Source: Octopus sinensis
Taxonomy: Eukaryota
Direction of reading: 5' to 3'
Assembly (NCBI RefSeq): GCF_006345805.1
Contig: NC_043005.1
Coordinates: forward strand, 19,096,001 to 19,160,000
DNA: 64,000 nucleotides
A model generated the notes under the pieces. The model was not told the DNA's origin, ran no database searches, and worked only from the letters and a program-made list of their open reading frames with translations. Numbering within the stretch: position 1 is the stretch's first letter; each line of letters starts with the position of its first letter. The translations under genes were made by a program, and so were the position numbers. Shown here piece after piece: positions 23,913 through 38,571 of this stretch.

Positions 23913-25329
23913 TACTTCTGTCACAAAGCAGAGGAACCATGGTGTTAACACTATGGTGTGGTAAACTTTCAGACCCTAGTCTAGATTGCGAATCCGCTGT
24001 ACCCCAGGATGGTTCAGCTTTCCACCCGTTAAAAGCCACCGTTTATAGAATGAGGATAACAACGTAGCTTTCGCGCCCGTGCAACCGCCAGTCTATCGCG
24101 TGTGGTCGGTGGATCTTCAAGTTGCCACACGCATTCTTAGTAGCTTAGAGTAGGCTCTAAGTATGGCGTGAGCCCTGATTAGAAGAAGAAAAAGAAGAAG
24201 AAGAAGACAGCAAGAACAGTGATCCCAAATAACAACGTACCACGTCGCTATTTCTTGTTTATTACAATGATATTCACCTACCTAATCAAGTTTTAAAAAA
24301 ATTTGAAAAATACATTGCTTAAAAGTTACTTCATTAAAACACGCAATCAAGTACGGTGGGAGGATATACATCTTGTATAATATAATCATTATTTGAAACT
24401 GTTTTGGGAAGACTACTCTTGCCTAATGGACTATTAAAAATAACTACTTTCGAGGTTGGTCAGTGCTGTTCTTTGTTTTACTTCTTTTTTTTTTTTTTTT
24501 AATTTCAGCATTGACTTTGTGTGAAGGTAAATGGTATGCATAGTTATCAGGCACAATAACAGCAAACAACAAGAAAGCATAAAGTGCTAATTGCTGATAA
24601 AACTTCTTGATGTCTGTGTTTACAAATTTTTGTGTAATAGTTATTAACTAAAATAAAACTTTTTGATGTATGAAATTATAACTTTCCATGACAGTTTTAA
24701 AAAGTTCGGAAGATGAGCACTGCTGGCTGGGTATAATATATTGTAGTAGTTTTATTTGTATGCATCAATAAAAACAAAAAATAACGCATTATCTATTGTT
24801 TTTACCTGTTTTAGCCATTAGACTGCGGCCATGCTGGAGCGCAGCCTTGTTGAATTAAAAAGAAATTTACGTAGGGTACGCATAAAAATATCTAAAAAAT
24901 ATGAGTAAATGCAGAACGACATATCTTTCTTTCACATATCTCCACACTATCTATCACACACGTCCCCTCGCACTCTCTCTCTCTCTCAATCTCACTCTCT
25001 CTCTCACTCTCTCTCTCTCTATAATTAAATGGAATGAACCAAGAAGCATAACAAATGTAATGGATGAAATGTGATAGGTAAGAAAGGCAGGGGAGCCTTT
25101 GAACACAACATCCTGAACCTAATAAAGAAAATAATACACATAACTTATTTTAACACTTTGAAAAACGTTCTAAAGAACAATTTAAAGCATTACCATAACT
25201 CTGGAAAACTCAGGCGAAAAAAAAAATTATGACGTTGTGAAAGTTGCCCCCCACAAAAACCTTTAAGTAAACTAACCCATTAATGTCTCATTTTTGAGAG
25301 AGGCTTTACATAGACATGCTACAATCACT

Positions 25330-25376
25330 GATCAATCAGTCAGTCAATCAATCATTCAATCAATCAATCAATCAAC

Positions 25377-25460
<84 letters not shown>

Positions 25461-25480
25461 GAATCAGTCTCTCTCTCTCA

Positions 25481-25550
<70 letters not shown>

Positions 25551-25555
25551 GTCTG
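25330..25555. repeat. (ATCA)n and (TATC)n microsatellites
   Basis: Direct read. Confidence 0.95.
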
Positions 25556-26280
25556 TCTCTATTTCTTTCTCTGCCAAAAATTCCATTCTTTCGATGGTGC
25601 TTAATAGATAAAGCGTAACGGACCAGATTACAAACTCTTCTATGGACTGCTTTGATGGAGCTGAAATCTGCAATATTCTATGATCATTTATTTTAGATAG
25701 CCTGCTAACTAAATTTAGTATAATAGAAGAAGGACTGAACAGAAATGGCAGTCTGATATTAGAAGGCAATACAAATGGCCACCAATTAGCCCAATTAGAA
25801 AAGATTTAACACTTTTAGAAGGTTTGATCTTAGAATTACTGTGAATATATTTATTCTAGCGTATAATATATTTATACTAAACTTTGAATATATTTATACT
25901 AACCCTTTAGAACAAATGTGAATATATTTATAATAACCTTTTAGATGTTACTCTGGCTCTAAGCAAACCCTTATGGAAAAACCTAACCATGTTATACGTT
26001 ACATTAACAAAGACTGAAACGGCCAACTAATATTCTGGAGAGTTTACGCTAAAATATTCGGAAAAAGAATTTCTAAAATATTATCAAATGGAGAGTCTTT
26101 TAATCGTGCTACTGTGAGGCTTAGCAGAAACTGCTTCACTGACAAGATCGGAATTATTCCTACACAAAGATCCTCAAATGCTGAAAATGTATGTATGTAT
26201 GTATGTATGTATGTATGTATGTATGTATGTATGTATGTATGTATGTATTATGTATGTATGTATGTAATGTATGTATGTAT

Positions 26281-26367
<87 letters not shown>

Positions 26368-26371
26368 TGTG

Positions 26372-26820
<449 letters not shown>

Positions 26821-26825
26821 CGATA

Positions 26826-26900
<75 letters not shown>

Positions 26901-26946
26901 CATTTATACATACATACATACATACATACATACATACATACATACA

Positions 26947-26977
<31 letters not shown>

Positions 26978-28265
26978 GTACATACATACACAAACACACA
27001 CGCACATATATATAATTGTGCAATGTGAAAATGGACAGCAATGTATTCAGTTCTTGTAGAGTAACAGTGAAGTAAATAAAAGGTTTCGTTGAGTAAATTG
27101 AAGATATTGTATAACCAGAAATTTATCTTCCATCTCTTCTGAAATAATATTGAAAAACAATCGAAGTTATAGTAAAAATTGAGTTAAAAATCGAACATCA
27201 ATCCTGGAACCATTTGTTTTTGAAGGGAACCTCCCAACTCTACGGTCAAATACACAATAAATGGCGCATAAGTTTGGACAGTAACTTTTTAATCCAGTAT
27301 TTTCAGTTATATCCTCTTCGATATTTTCCAGCATCAATAACTTATAGCAAACTTCCAAACCATATGCTTCATTCAATTTTTCACTTGACATTTAAGTATT
27401 TCTCCATGTCATGCTATTCAGTATGTCAGTATATAATGCGTATTGGGCAGTGAATGATCAGATTTGTATCAAATATCTATATAAACAGCCTCGTCGTACT
27501 ATTTTTTTTTCATTGACATAGATAGTGTTATTGTTGCTTCAGTAGTTCTTTTTGCCGTTGTTGGTGGTGGTGGTTGTCATTGTTTCCATGATCTATGCCA
27601 TTCTTGTTATCGCATTGCTGATTTTACCGTTGTCGCCGTTGTCGAACATCGGCTACGATTTGGATGTTATTGTTGTTATCGCTCCTGTTATCGTTGTTGC
27701 TGGCGTCGTCATCGTTGTTTTGCTGTCATTAGAAAATCGCTCTCGGTCTTGTGAAATAGCCACAAGCCGCTGAATGCTTTCAAGTGGAATATTTTACTAT
27801 ATAGTAGACTGTTATACATCAGCTATTAAAACAACATAGAGGTGGGCTCTAACGTTAAGCATAGTTGAACGATTAAGTGATTCATTCTGCTTTTACACAA
27901 CATAATGGAGTTCCTTTTCATTGCCTGTTTCAGGACTTGAATTCTAGTTACACTGAGTTTTTCTTTCGCTATGTTTCCACCAGAGGAAATTATATAAATT
28001 GAATCAGAACCAATGTTATTTCAAGCTGGCTCAATTTGATGTACATACATACATACATACATACACATACATATATTTGGAGAGAGAAAAATGTGTATGT
28101 GTGTATATGTATACTTTCATATTCATTGTTATGACTATAGTCCAGCCATCAGCTTTGTGTCATTATGTAAATTAATGTAAATTAATTCTACTTAGATTTT
28201 ATTTGTTACACTCCAGTAATAGCCTTTCGCTGTCATCATCAATAATTTAAGAAAGAGAGGTAAGC

Positions 28266-28308
28266 GAACGCTGACGAGATTTCTATAAACAATACAAAAT
28301 GTCCGTTC
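28266..28308 (+). ncRNA. relic minimal hammerhead
   Basis: GAACG-CTGACGA-GATT..AATAC-AAAA-TG-TC-CGTTC; restoring two CpGs gives C-GAAA-CG-TC with a 5-bp stem I. Confidence 0.5.
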
Positions 28309-28479
28309 TATTCTCACTCCAAGTTGCCAAAAAAAAAAAAAAAAGAAGAAAACCAACATGAAACTAGTTTCACAACTGAGACTAAATAAATGGATATGAA
28401 ACCGATAATTTAGTATATGAAAATATTTAGATTTGAATAGTCTTCAGTTCGAAATCGAAATCAGCTCATCGATTTCATT

Positions 28480-28935
28480 CTTGCACTATGACATTCATGA
28501 GATAAAACTTGATTTATTTCCCAATTCATACACATCAGAGTGTTCTGGAGAGTAGTAAAGATAACACAATGTGCGTTAAAATATCAAGTCAAAATAACTG
28601 TCTAATTCTTATGTAGATAATATAACATGAATATGCAAAAATATAAAAAAAATATGCCCTATCTGAAATTGAGTTTCAATAGAAATAGAGTAATTTAGTT
28701 TGCTTAAACCAGATCAGTCAATATTAGAAATCATGAAGACACTACGAAATCTACATAGAGATTTAGTGAGGACACTTTCAGAAACCTTTACAACATCCAC
28801 GCTTCATGTTTGCGAAACGAAGATGAGGAACAATATTCCCCTGGCAACCTCTGTATGGAAATTAAGAAACCAGGAATTTAGCAATTTGAACATCTTTTGT
28901 GATATACTGAACAAAAAGAAATCAAGCACCACAAT
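28480..28935 (+). pseudogene. PLE GIY-YIG endonuclease relic
   Basis: Frameshifted VI*..IYIEISEDTFRNLYNIH and NNIPLATSVWKLR...I.CDIL, parallel to the 45126-46334 protein. Confidence 0.5.
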
Positions 28936-29033
28936 TTAATAAACCCATGTTACGGAGTTTTTCATTTCTTTAAAGGAAATCAAAACAATTGGTTTGCGCA
29001 TCGAAAAATATTTACAATATTTTATATACATAC

Positions 29034-29127
<94 letters not shown>

Positions 29128-29128
<1 letters not shown>

Positions 29129-29448
29129 TACACTAGCACTATAGCACATATATACACTAGCACATAGTGCTAGTGCATGCATATACAGCTGCGTGCGTGA
29201 GCACATACACGCGAGTACTGTCCAAATCTCCGACCAATCACATACAGCTAGCTGGCATTCAATTGGCATATCAAGTTTCGGGCATTTTGATTGGGTTTTG
29301 GATAGAAAATTCACAAAAAAGTCTCTTCTATTGATTTTTTAATGGCTTTGCGGGGTTACTGCAGATGTGCACGACCACCCTTGGATGGTTTTGAATGACC
29401 ATAGAAAGTGCGAGCCCTCTAAGTGAAAAATTTGGATTTGTATTACGG

Positions 29449-29481
<33 letters not shown>

Positions 29482-29492
29482 GACATTTTGCC

Positions 29493-29500
<8 letters not shown>
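29128..29500 (+). mobile_element. non-autonomous Helitron-like element
   Basis: ACTAGCACT start, 3' (CA)n-GACATTTTGCCGTTTATATATAT end; architecture resembles invertebrate non-autonomous Helitrons. Confidence 0.4.
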
Positions 29501-29542
<42 letters not shown>

Positions 29543-29799
29543 AAGAAAAATGGGAGTAAAAATCCTAGTAGATATCCATAACTTACAACTTTTCTAACGC
29601 TTACTTGGCATCCACTTCAAACCCTTTCAAGTTAGGATTAAACCAATGTTCTAACACGTTTTGAAATCCAACTGGATGAAATAGTACTTAAATGTCTAGC
29701 TTCTTGAGAGATTTGAGACTAAAAATATTGAATAGACCTTTTGTGGGAAGCATCTTATTCGAGGCGGATTCATTACCCTGAAATTAAGAGACATAGCCA

Positions 29800-30060
29800 A
29801 AAGCTAGGGAATATTTTTGCTAAGATATCCAAAGACAACAAATATTCAAAAAGAATTTCATATTGCAGACATTAAAGCCTTAAAAAACATAATGCCTCTA
29901 TAAAGTAGTAACATATACACACACCTAATGTTTTCAATACCTACCCTGAACCATGAGCCTCATGGAATCCCTATTCGTCCATTTATTACAACTTTGTTTG
30001 AACCCAGTGGTCTAAGCATTTCACTCCACCCTTTCCTCTCAAAGTTTCTAGTCATTTCTT
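29800..30060 (+). pseudogene. possible PLE reverse transcriptase N-terminal relic
   Basis: IPTLNHEPHGIPIRPFITTLFEPSGLSISLHPFL resembles LPKxHKxGxPxRPIIS. Confidence 0.35.
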
Positions 30061-30814
30061 AAAATTTTCTTTTGCAAAACCCTCCAGTTCATGCGACCCC
30101 TGGTGTACCCTTCTTATTTATAAAGTAGAAAGCAATGCAGATGCTAAATGGTCACATATCAATCTCTTCGACTCAGCATAAGTATATATCAACAAAATTA
30201 CGGCACAAATTAACAGAAGGAAATTGATCACGTTCTTAAGACAAACTTATCTGCGAACTGACATTGAGCACAGTTTTCGTCCGGTGAAATGCTGTCTCAC
30301 ACAACTTCGGCAGAATTGCGAATGTCACTGAAACAGTTACACGACATTTTAATGTGGTCGTGATATATCACCACTTTATGAAGGCCTTTGTTATAAACTG
30401 TATGGTCGCAGCGTAATTTGGAGACAAGGGAAATAAACACATGATGTTTTAGGAGAAGTCAGGTGGTTGCAACCAGCCTGTCAAAAGATACACTAATTTC
30501 TGTTGGAATTTTCCAGAGAAGTATCTTGGAACCCTTGCTATTGGTGTTTGCTATCCTCAGACGGGATATTAGTTACACAAGCAACCACTCAGACTAGCTA
30601 TAATGATGTTACAAAATTATCGCGTCTGATTAAAAGAACTGGTGAAAATGCTACATCTGGTATTTATTTTATCAGGGTCTATTTCTCGAAGTGATAAGTT
30701 ACGGGACATAAAAGGACACAGTTCAATATCACATGTTTTTAGAGCGTTGTTAACATAAATATAGACACAGATATACAATTCTACACATATACAGAACACA
30801 AACACACAGACACA

Positions 30815-31010
30815 CACAAATATGAATATATACATACTTACATATATATACATACAAATATGAATATATACATACTTACATATATATACATACATATGTA
30901 TACATACAAATATGAATATATACATACTTACATACATATACATACAAATATGAATATATACATACTTACATATATATACATACAAATATGAATATATACA
31001 TATATACTTA
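30815..31010. repeat. about 38-bp minisatellite, about 5 copies
   Basis: CAAATATGAATATATACATACTTACATATATATACATA repeated. Confidence 0.85.
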
Positions 31011-32879
31011 CACACACGCATATACATACAATGGGATTTTTCCCAATTTTTTCTCATCAAATTCTTCAGGGTAAAGCATTGGTCAAATTGAAGTTACGGT
31101 TATAGGAACCTCTTACTCTATCTATTGTGCAGTAGGACGAACTCATTACTATCTAGTTGTGAGCTTCTTAATCAGGCAGCTATGTCGACTCTGCATGTGT
31201 TTATGCCTCTTTGTTATTTAGTCCAATATCAAATCCCAGCGAAATGGATTTCGCTTTTCATTCTTCTTGGGTCCATGAAATACAGTCATTAAAACATCAG
31301 TCAAGTACCGCTTGTGTGATTTCCTTGGCTATGCCATTCCTGATTCAAATTTGGGCTCAGGTGCATTAGAACTGATTAATATTTTTAAGTAGAAACTATT
31401 GTCTCCACTCATAGAATATTTTATATCTAAACAAAATATTTATATTTTAAAGAATGCTAGATATTACTTTAATGAAAGAGGAAAGACAGAAAAAACAATA
31501 CCATAACAGATGAGAGGCGAAACAAAAATAACTAATCAGCAAAACAGAAACAAAAATGTAAATATTCATGATTAAATGCTAGAAAAACAGCTGCAAGAAT
31601 GTCTTTGTAACGTGATATAAATTAAAATGTGTTGATTCAAAATTAAGTTTGCTCGATGTGTTTGATATTTTTGTTCTTGTGGAAGTTTTTGTAGGCGGTA
31701 ATGTTGCGATACGCTGATGAAGCTGGTGGTGGTAATGATGGTTGGTTGTGCTGGTATTACTCGTGACGATGTTAGTACAGCTGTACTGAAAGTATAGGGT
31801 TGATACTAATAGAGGTGAATATGGGTTATAAAATTAAAGATCCATAGTTTCATCTCGCAATAAAGTATCAGTGGATTTTCATACATCATATATTTGTCTC
31901 TCACATAAACCATTTTGTGATTTCATGCAAAATCTTTAAGAATATCTCAATAATGTCCCCAACGATTCCTCCTATAGGCCCCTCTGAAATTTTCAATTAA
32001 ATCTTCGTTGCTTGCTCAATGAAAACTATCTGGTCCCCATTAAAAACTGCTTGGACCCTATTAAAATTCACGCATTAAAATTTCTCTAGGTCTTACAACG
32101 AAATACCTTTTGGTTTCACAACAAAATCATTCTTGAATCTCTTAAAAGTCTTTAATCTATTGAATCAAACATTAACCGTATTAGTCTCTCTTAGTATTTT
32201 CTCGCAATTTCTACACCTTATCACTACTACGACGACGACAACCACCACAGTTAACTGTCGCTTGATGTGGCGACTGACTTCACTGTTTATTATACGTTGC
32301 TACTCTTTCTCTTGAGATTTTATTACTAGTTATTTTATAGTTCACGGTTAGCAGCTGGGGGCTATGTATGCAAATAAAAATCCAAATTTAGGGAATGAAG
32401 TCGTTGAAATGCAGGCTAAATATGTTTTCTAGCTAGCTGATCCTCGGTAGTAATAATTACTCGACGTGAGGTACTCCGCTAGATGCTCGTCAGGCTAAAG
32501 ACACCTTAGTCAAATGAAGGATACAATATCGTCAAGGGATTCCATGTTAACACTCAGAAGATTTGATCGAAAATGTAGGGAAAGAATAGAGTGAGGGAGC
32601 AAAAGGGAAAGCATATCAAAGAAGACGTAATATATGGGAGTAGGTAAATGTCTAAATTTGTTAAGGAAAAGAACAAGAATACGAATAAAGAAAATGAGAG
32701 GTGGAAGAGTAGGTGGAAAAAATTGGTATTATTGAAGCTGGCTAGGGGAATGTCTTTGTGAATTTAATCTGGGGGTCATTTACTGTGGCTACTGTAGAAT
32801 AAATAAGTAGATTTATTGTGGTACTCTGTGAATACATTTAATCAAGGTCAACGAAAAATAAATTCAATCTTTACTGATG

Positions 32880-33828
32880 CTAACTACTTTTTATCTTTCC
32901 GGATAAACTCACTTTGGGTACAGAATTGAAGACTTGGAAAAATGGTACTAGAAACATTTCGTGAAAATGTATAAAATTTGGCACCATAGTGTTATGAAAT
33001 ATCTGCAGAAAAAGGGGTAAGCCCCGAAGGACATTCATGCTGACGTTAGGGTTCTACATTTGGGATTGATGAGCCAGCTTTATCAACTGTGCAAAAGTGG
33101 GCAGCTGTATTCAAGAGGGAGAGTCTTGAAGATGACCCAAGGTCCGGACGTCCTGCCACAGCCACCACCCAAGAAAACATCAATCATTTTCACCACATGG
33201 TGATGGATGACAGACGTTTAAATGTTAAACGGCGAAGGGGGTCCTACTTCACCAGGACAATGCTCCTACACCAGTGATTCCCAAGGTGGGGCGTACGCCC
33301 CACTGGTGGGGCCTGAGAAAATTCAGGTGGGGCGCGGGGCATAGACGTGGGCTGTGAAAATATTTGTACATGACGAGCGGACATGTAAATGTGAGTGGAC
33401 ATGGGAAAAGGTGGGGCGTAAAAACTTTTGCTATGAAAAAGTGGGGCGCCGGGAAAAAAGGTTGGGAAACACTGTCCTACACAGAAGTCTGTGGTTGCAA
33501 TGGCTGCTGTGCGCGACTGTAGCTTTGAACTGGTTGATCACATTCCATATTCTCCTGATTTGGTACCATCTGGCTATTTTCTGTTCCTCAACATGAAAAA
33601 AAAAATACTTTGGTTGGGAAGCAGTATCGGACCGATGATGAAGTCATATCTGCTTTTGAGGACTTTTTGAGGATCAGTGTGAGAGCTTCTATTCCACAGA
33701 AATCCAAGCGCCGCAACACAGATATAAGAAGAGTATGGACTGCAGGTAGGACTATAAGGAAAAATAAAACATATTTAGTCAAGACTATTGCATCGTGGTC
33801 AGCCTATGAACTTTTCAGCCCACCCTCG
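32880..33828 (+). mobile_element. mariner relic with internal deletion, left TIR missing
   Basis: KWAAVFKR-ESLEDDPRSGRP, QDNAPTH, YSPDLVPS motifs; right TIR GTCAGCCTATGAACTTTTCAGCCCACCCTCG+TA. Confidence 0.85.
33272..33474. mobile_element. hAT-type MITE (203 bp)
   Basis: TIRs CAGTGATTCCCAA / TTGGGAAACACTG; exact 8-bp TSD TCCTACAC at 33264-71 and 33475-82; repeated GTGGGGCG subterminal motifs. Confidence 0.92.
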
Positions 33829-34134
33829 TAATTCCGGTAATCTTATAAATGTATAAATATACTTTTATTCCACATCTCACTTGCGTTTACAAGGATTTAG
33901 GCAGCGGAAATACTGAAGTGTGAATCTAGTGCCACTAAGTGATTATAGTTTAAAAAGCCCATAACTCCGAAACTGTTTTGGAAAATGGTGATCGATTTCT
34001 TAAGTTGGGGATGACTTTTTTTTTGTTTCAAATAAAGCAAAATAAATGTTAGTTTCCTGACTTTTATGAAATTATTCATCGAATTACAATATAGTTTTAT
34101 TAGGTTGTGAAAAAGTCACTACCTTAATGTATAT

Positions 34135-34341
34135 ATATGATGTGTTGTGAATTTATGGAAAGAAATGCTATAAAACTCAACAATTTTGTTAAAACTGGAG
34201 AAGAAGGGATATTAAAATATATGAGAATTTTTAATGTACATGAATTAAAATTATCCTATATATTTTAACATCTTTTCTCCAATTTAAACTAAATTGTTGA
34301 GTTTGATGGGATTTCTTTCCATAAATTCACAACACAACATA
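34135..34341. repeat. imperfect palindrome (MITE or fold-back)
   Basis: TATATGATGTGTTGTGAATTTATGGAAAGAAAT... versus ...ATTTCTTTCCATAAATTCACAACACAACATATA. Confidence 0.7.
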
Positions 34342-34404
34342 TACAAGAATTATTTTCATATTCGCAAATTTACGCCTGCAGACTATCAGCAAAATATAAG
34401 AATA

Positions 34405-34803
34405 GGCGCAGGAGTGGCTGTGTGGTAAGTAGCTTGCTTACCAACCACATGGTTCCTGGTTCAGTCCCACTGCGTGGCACCTTGGGCAAGTGTCTTCTAC
34501 TATAGCCTCGGGCCGACCAAAGCCTTGTGAGTGCATTTGGTACACGGAAACTGGAAGAAGCTCGTCATATATATGTATATATATGTATGTGTGTATATGT
34601 TTGTGTGTCTGTGTTTGCCCCCCCACCATTGCTTGACAACCGATGCTGGTATGTTTACGTCCCCGTAACTTAGCGGTTCAGCAAAAGATACTGATAGAAT
34701 AAGTACTAGGCTTACAAAGAATAAGTCCTGGGGTCGATTTACTTGACTAGAAAGCGGTGCTCCAGCATGGCCGCAGTCAAATGACTGAAATAAGTAAAAG
34801 AGA
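34405..34803 (+). mobile_element. SINE family A, near full length
   Basis: Full head-to-tail homology. Confidence 0.92.
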
Positions 34804-34879
34804 GTAATCAACATTAGAAACCTTTTTTGGAAATCTTCAAGTTAAAGGGCGAATTCAATTCTGCCTTTTTACACACACA

Positions 34880-34962
<83 letters not shown>

Positions 34963-35279
34963 ACACACAAATATATATATTGTAGACTCACCAATGTATA
35001 TGAGTGACTGAAGGAAACCGGAGGAAACTTTTCGATATGAGGATATAGTGCAGTTTATAAAATTATAACATTCCTTTCGAAGGCAACGTTAGCTTTTTTT
35101 TATGATGGTGTTTGTTAGTAATAAGGATTCTGTTATATTGAAAGAATATTTCGTTCAGTCGACATCCGTTGAGTTTAAAATTCACAGACGCATACACACG
35201 CGCACAAATACATACACATATACACACATATAGACATATATGCACAAGCATATGCGCACAAACGCACGTGCACAAGCTC

Positions 35280-35372
35280 ATGATGATGGCGATAATGATA
35301 ATGATAACGACAATGATGATGATGATGACGATGATGACGACGACGACGACGATGACGATGATAGCGATTACG
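35280..35372. repeat. (GAT)/(GAC)n microsatellite
   Basis: Direct read; spurious poly-Asp ORF. Confidence 0.9.
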
Positions 35373-35423
35373 ACGGCACATACGCGCGCACGCACACATA
35401 CATACACAAACATACGCACATAA

Positions 35424-35916
35424 GTGGAAGCACTCCGTCGGTTACGACGACAAGGGTTCCGGCTAATGCGAATCAACGGAACAGCCTGCTCGTGAATTTA
35501 ACGTGTAAGTGGCTGAGCACTCCACAGACACGTGTATCCTTAACGTAGTTCTCGAGGATATTCAGCGTGACACAGAGAGTGACAAGGCCGGCCCTTTCAA
35601 ATACAGATACAACAGAAACAGGAAGTAAGAGTGAGAGAAAGTTGTGGTGAAAGAGTACAGCAGGGATCACCACCATCCCCTGCCGGAGATTCGTGGGGCT
35701 TTAGGTGTTTTCGCTCAATAAACACTCACAACGCCCGGTCTGGGAATCGAAACCGCGATCCTATGACCGCGAGTCCGCTGCCCTAACCACTGGGCCATTG
35801 CGCCTCCACTGAGAGAAAGTTGTGGTGAAAGAGTACAGCAGGGATCACCACCATCCCTTGCCGGAGACTCGTGGAGCTTTAGGTGTTTTCGCTCAAACAC
35901 TTTTGAGCGAAAACAC
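35424..35916 (-). mobile_element. composite SINE C insertion (full copy, internal fragment, short inversion) with 13-bp TSD
   Basis: CATACGCACATAA at 35411-23 and 35917-29. Confidence 0.85.
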
Positions 35917-36521
35917 CATACGCACATAAACGCATGCGTACAAGCACATGGTGATAGCGATAATGATGATAACGATGACAATGCTGATGGTGATGATGAT
36001 GATAATGAACCTTTCAGCAATTAGTTGGAATTATGTATATAAGGCCCTGTCTTAGGAAATCAATGTCAAACCTGTTCTTCTTGCCTTGATTTCATTATCA
36101 GAACTTTTCTAAATAAAGAAGTAAAAAAAACATGACATTCGAAAGCCTGCACGAAGAATTCGTTTCTGTAGAGTCAACACTTCTCTCTCTCCGTTATTGA
36201 GTGACCCGAAAACAGGGTGTCAGATACAAGGCACCCAGAGAACGCATGCTAGAGAAGGTGAGGATGCAATACCCGTAGATTAATATTAATTACTTTTATC
36301 ACTGTTGTCAACATATATATGAGAAGATCTCCTTACCGAATGATATCAGACATGTGCCTTCGCTGATCGACAGCAAAAGAAATAAGTTTCTGGCAAATTC
36401 GCAATCATGCCTCGTAGTCTTATCTGGCTGTATGCCTTTGGTATGTAACGGTTAGTTAATTTTTGAAGCATGGCGATTTTGAATGTGAAGGCACCATTGA
36501 GGCTAATGAGTCGCTGAAAAT

Positions 36522-36553
36522 ATAGATAGATAGACAGACAGATAGATGAATGA

Positions 36554-36635
<82 letters not shown>

Positions 36636-36644
36636 GGATGGATG

Positions 36645-36705
<61 letters not shown>

Positions 36706-36904
36706 GTGTCTTTATTAGCCACACAGGGCCGAACATAGAGGAGACAAAAAAGCAACGTAGAAAAAAAGTAGAAAATAAAATTCCGATCAAAAGGGATCGT
36801 GGAAAAAAAGATAGATAGCTATCTATCTATCTATCTAGCTAGCTAGCTAGCTAGCTAGATAGATAGATAAGTTGAAGAATGCAAAGTTGGATTAGTGGAG
36901 CTCT

Positions 36905-36993
<89 letters not shown>
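36522..36993. repeat. (GATA)n/(TAGC)n/(TATC)n microsatellite cluster
   Basis: Direct read. Confidence 0.9.
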
Positions 36994-36995
<2 letters not shown>

Positions 36996-37115
36996 AGGGA
37001 GCTGGCATGGGTGGGGCCCTGATCAATTTGGATCAATCGAAAGCTAAATATCTGTCAGTCTGTCTATCTCTCTAGGTATCTAGTTATCTACCCGTATATG
37101 TGTGGAAGTTTACAA

Positions 37116-37147
<32 letters not shown>

Positions 37148-37484
37148 GAAACGAGTGGGAGAGAGAAAGGGAGGGGGGAGAGAAAAAGAGCGTGTGAGAA
37201 AGGGAGAGAGGGAGAGTGAGAGTGAAAGAGAGCGCTGCCTAATCATCAGCATTACTATCACTAACTCTGTCACTTCATCCGTCTATGTTCAAGCATTAAA
37301 TCAGCAAATCTATTTCAGCAAGTCTTTCAACGCCGTTCATAATCACGTTGGTATCATTTCATCGTGTTCTTTTGTTATATTGTTCTCTACACGGCTGTAA
37401 ATCTTGTGTAAGTGCAACAACCAAACGCCCACAATATACATACACACACACAGATATACAAATATATACATACATTTACATGTA

Positions 37485-37533
<49 letters not shown>

Positions 37534-38121
37534 TCAATTCTCTTCGTTGCTTTTCATTTCCGATTCAGACAATAGTAACAGATGCCTTAAGCTCGAGTCC
37601 TGGATTCTGCACTAATAATCATCATTTATTTCTTTGTGTATTTCTCATCTGGAGCTTAATAGCATACCTGCCTCGCAACCCATGTCTGCTCAGTGAATGT
37701 ACGTGTTCCTACATATATAAATACATACATGCATACATACACCACCTCCACACTACACACAGACACACACAGTACACACAGAAGAATACATGTATATGAG
37801 TATGTATACATCATATATGTGCGTGTCTGTGTGTTTACATGTATGTATGCCTGTATGTATGTATGTAATGTATGTAAGTATGTATGTATGTATGTATGCA
37901 TGCATGTATGTATGTATATATGTATGTATGTATCTATCTGTCTGTCTGTCTATATGTATATACAGAAGGCGTTTATCTTATGAAGCATTCATAGATGCTG
38001 GATCTCTGAAAGTGAGGTCATACAGTACGATAGTGCACCAATAATCTGAATATCTGTAGATATACATGAGATATAAAATATAGAATACATACATACATAC
38101 ATATATACATATATATATACA

Positions 38122-38530
38122 CTCTTTTATTCTTTTACTTGTTTCAGTCATTTGACTGCGGCCATGCTGGAGCGCCGCCTTTAATCGAGCAAATCGACCC
38201 CAGGACTTATTCTTTGGAAGCCTAGTACTTAATCTATCGGTTTCTTTTGCCGAACCGCTAAGTTACGGGGACGTAAACACACCATCGGTTGTCAAGCGAT
38301 GCTGGGGAACAAACAAAGATGCACAAACATATACACACGCATACATACATGCATACATATACATATATACGACTGGCTTCTTTCAGTTTTCGTCTACCAA
38401 ATCCACACACAAGGCTTTGGTTGGCTCGAGGGTATAATAGAAGACGCTTGCCGAAGGTGTCACGCAGTGGGACTGAACCTGGAACCATGTGGTTGATAAA
38501 CAAGCTACTTACCACATAGCCACTCCTGTG

Positions 38531-38532
<2 letters not shown>
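38122..38532 (-). mobile_element. SINE family A
   Basis: Reverse-complement homology to 34405-34803. Confidence 0.9.

Positions 38533-38569
<37 letters not shown>

Positions 38570-38571
<2 letters not shown>

Noticed and set aside
36805-36870. Strand-switching (GATA)n-(TATC)n-(TAGC)n palindromic microsatellite
   Set aside because: Explicable by slippage of simple repeats; no other structure.
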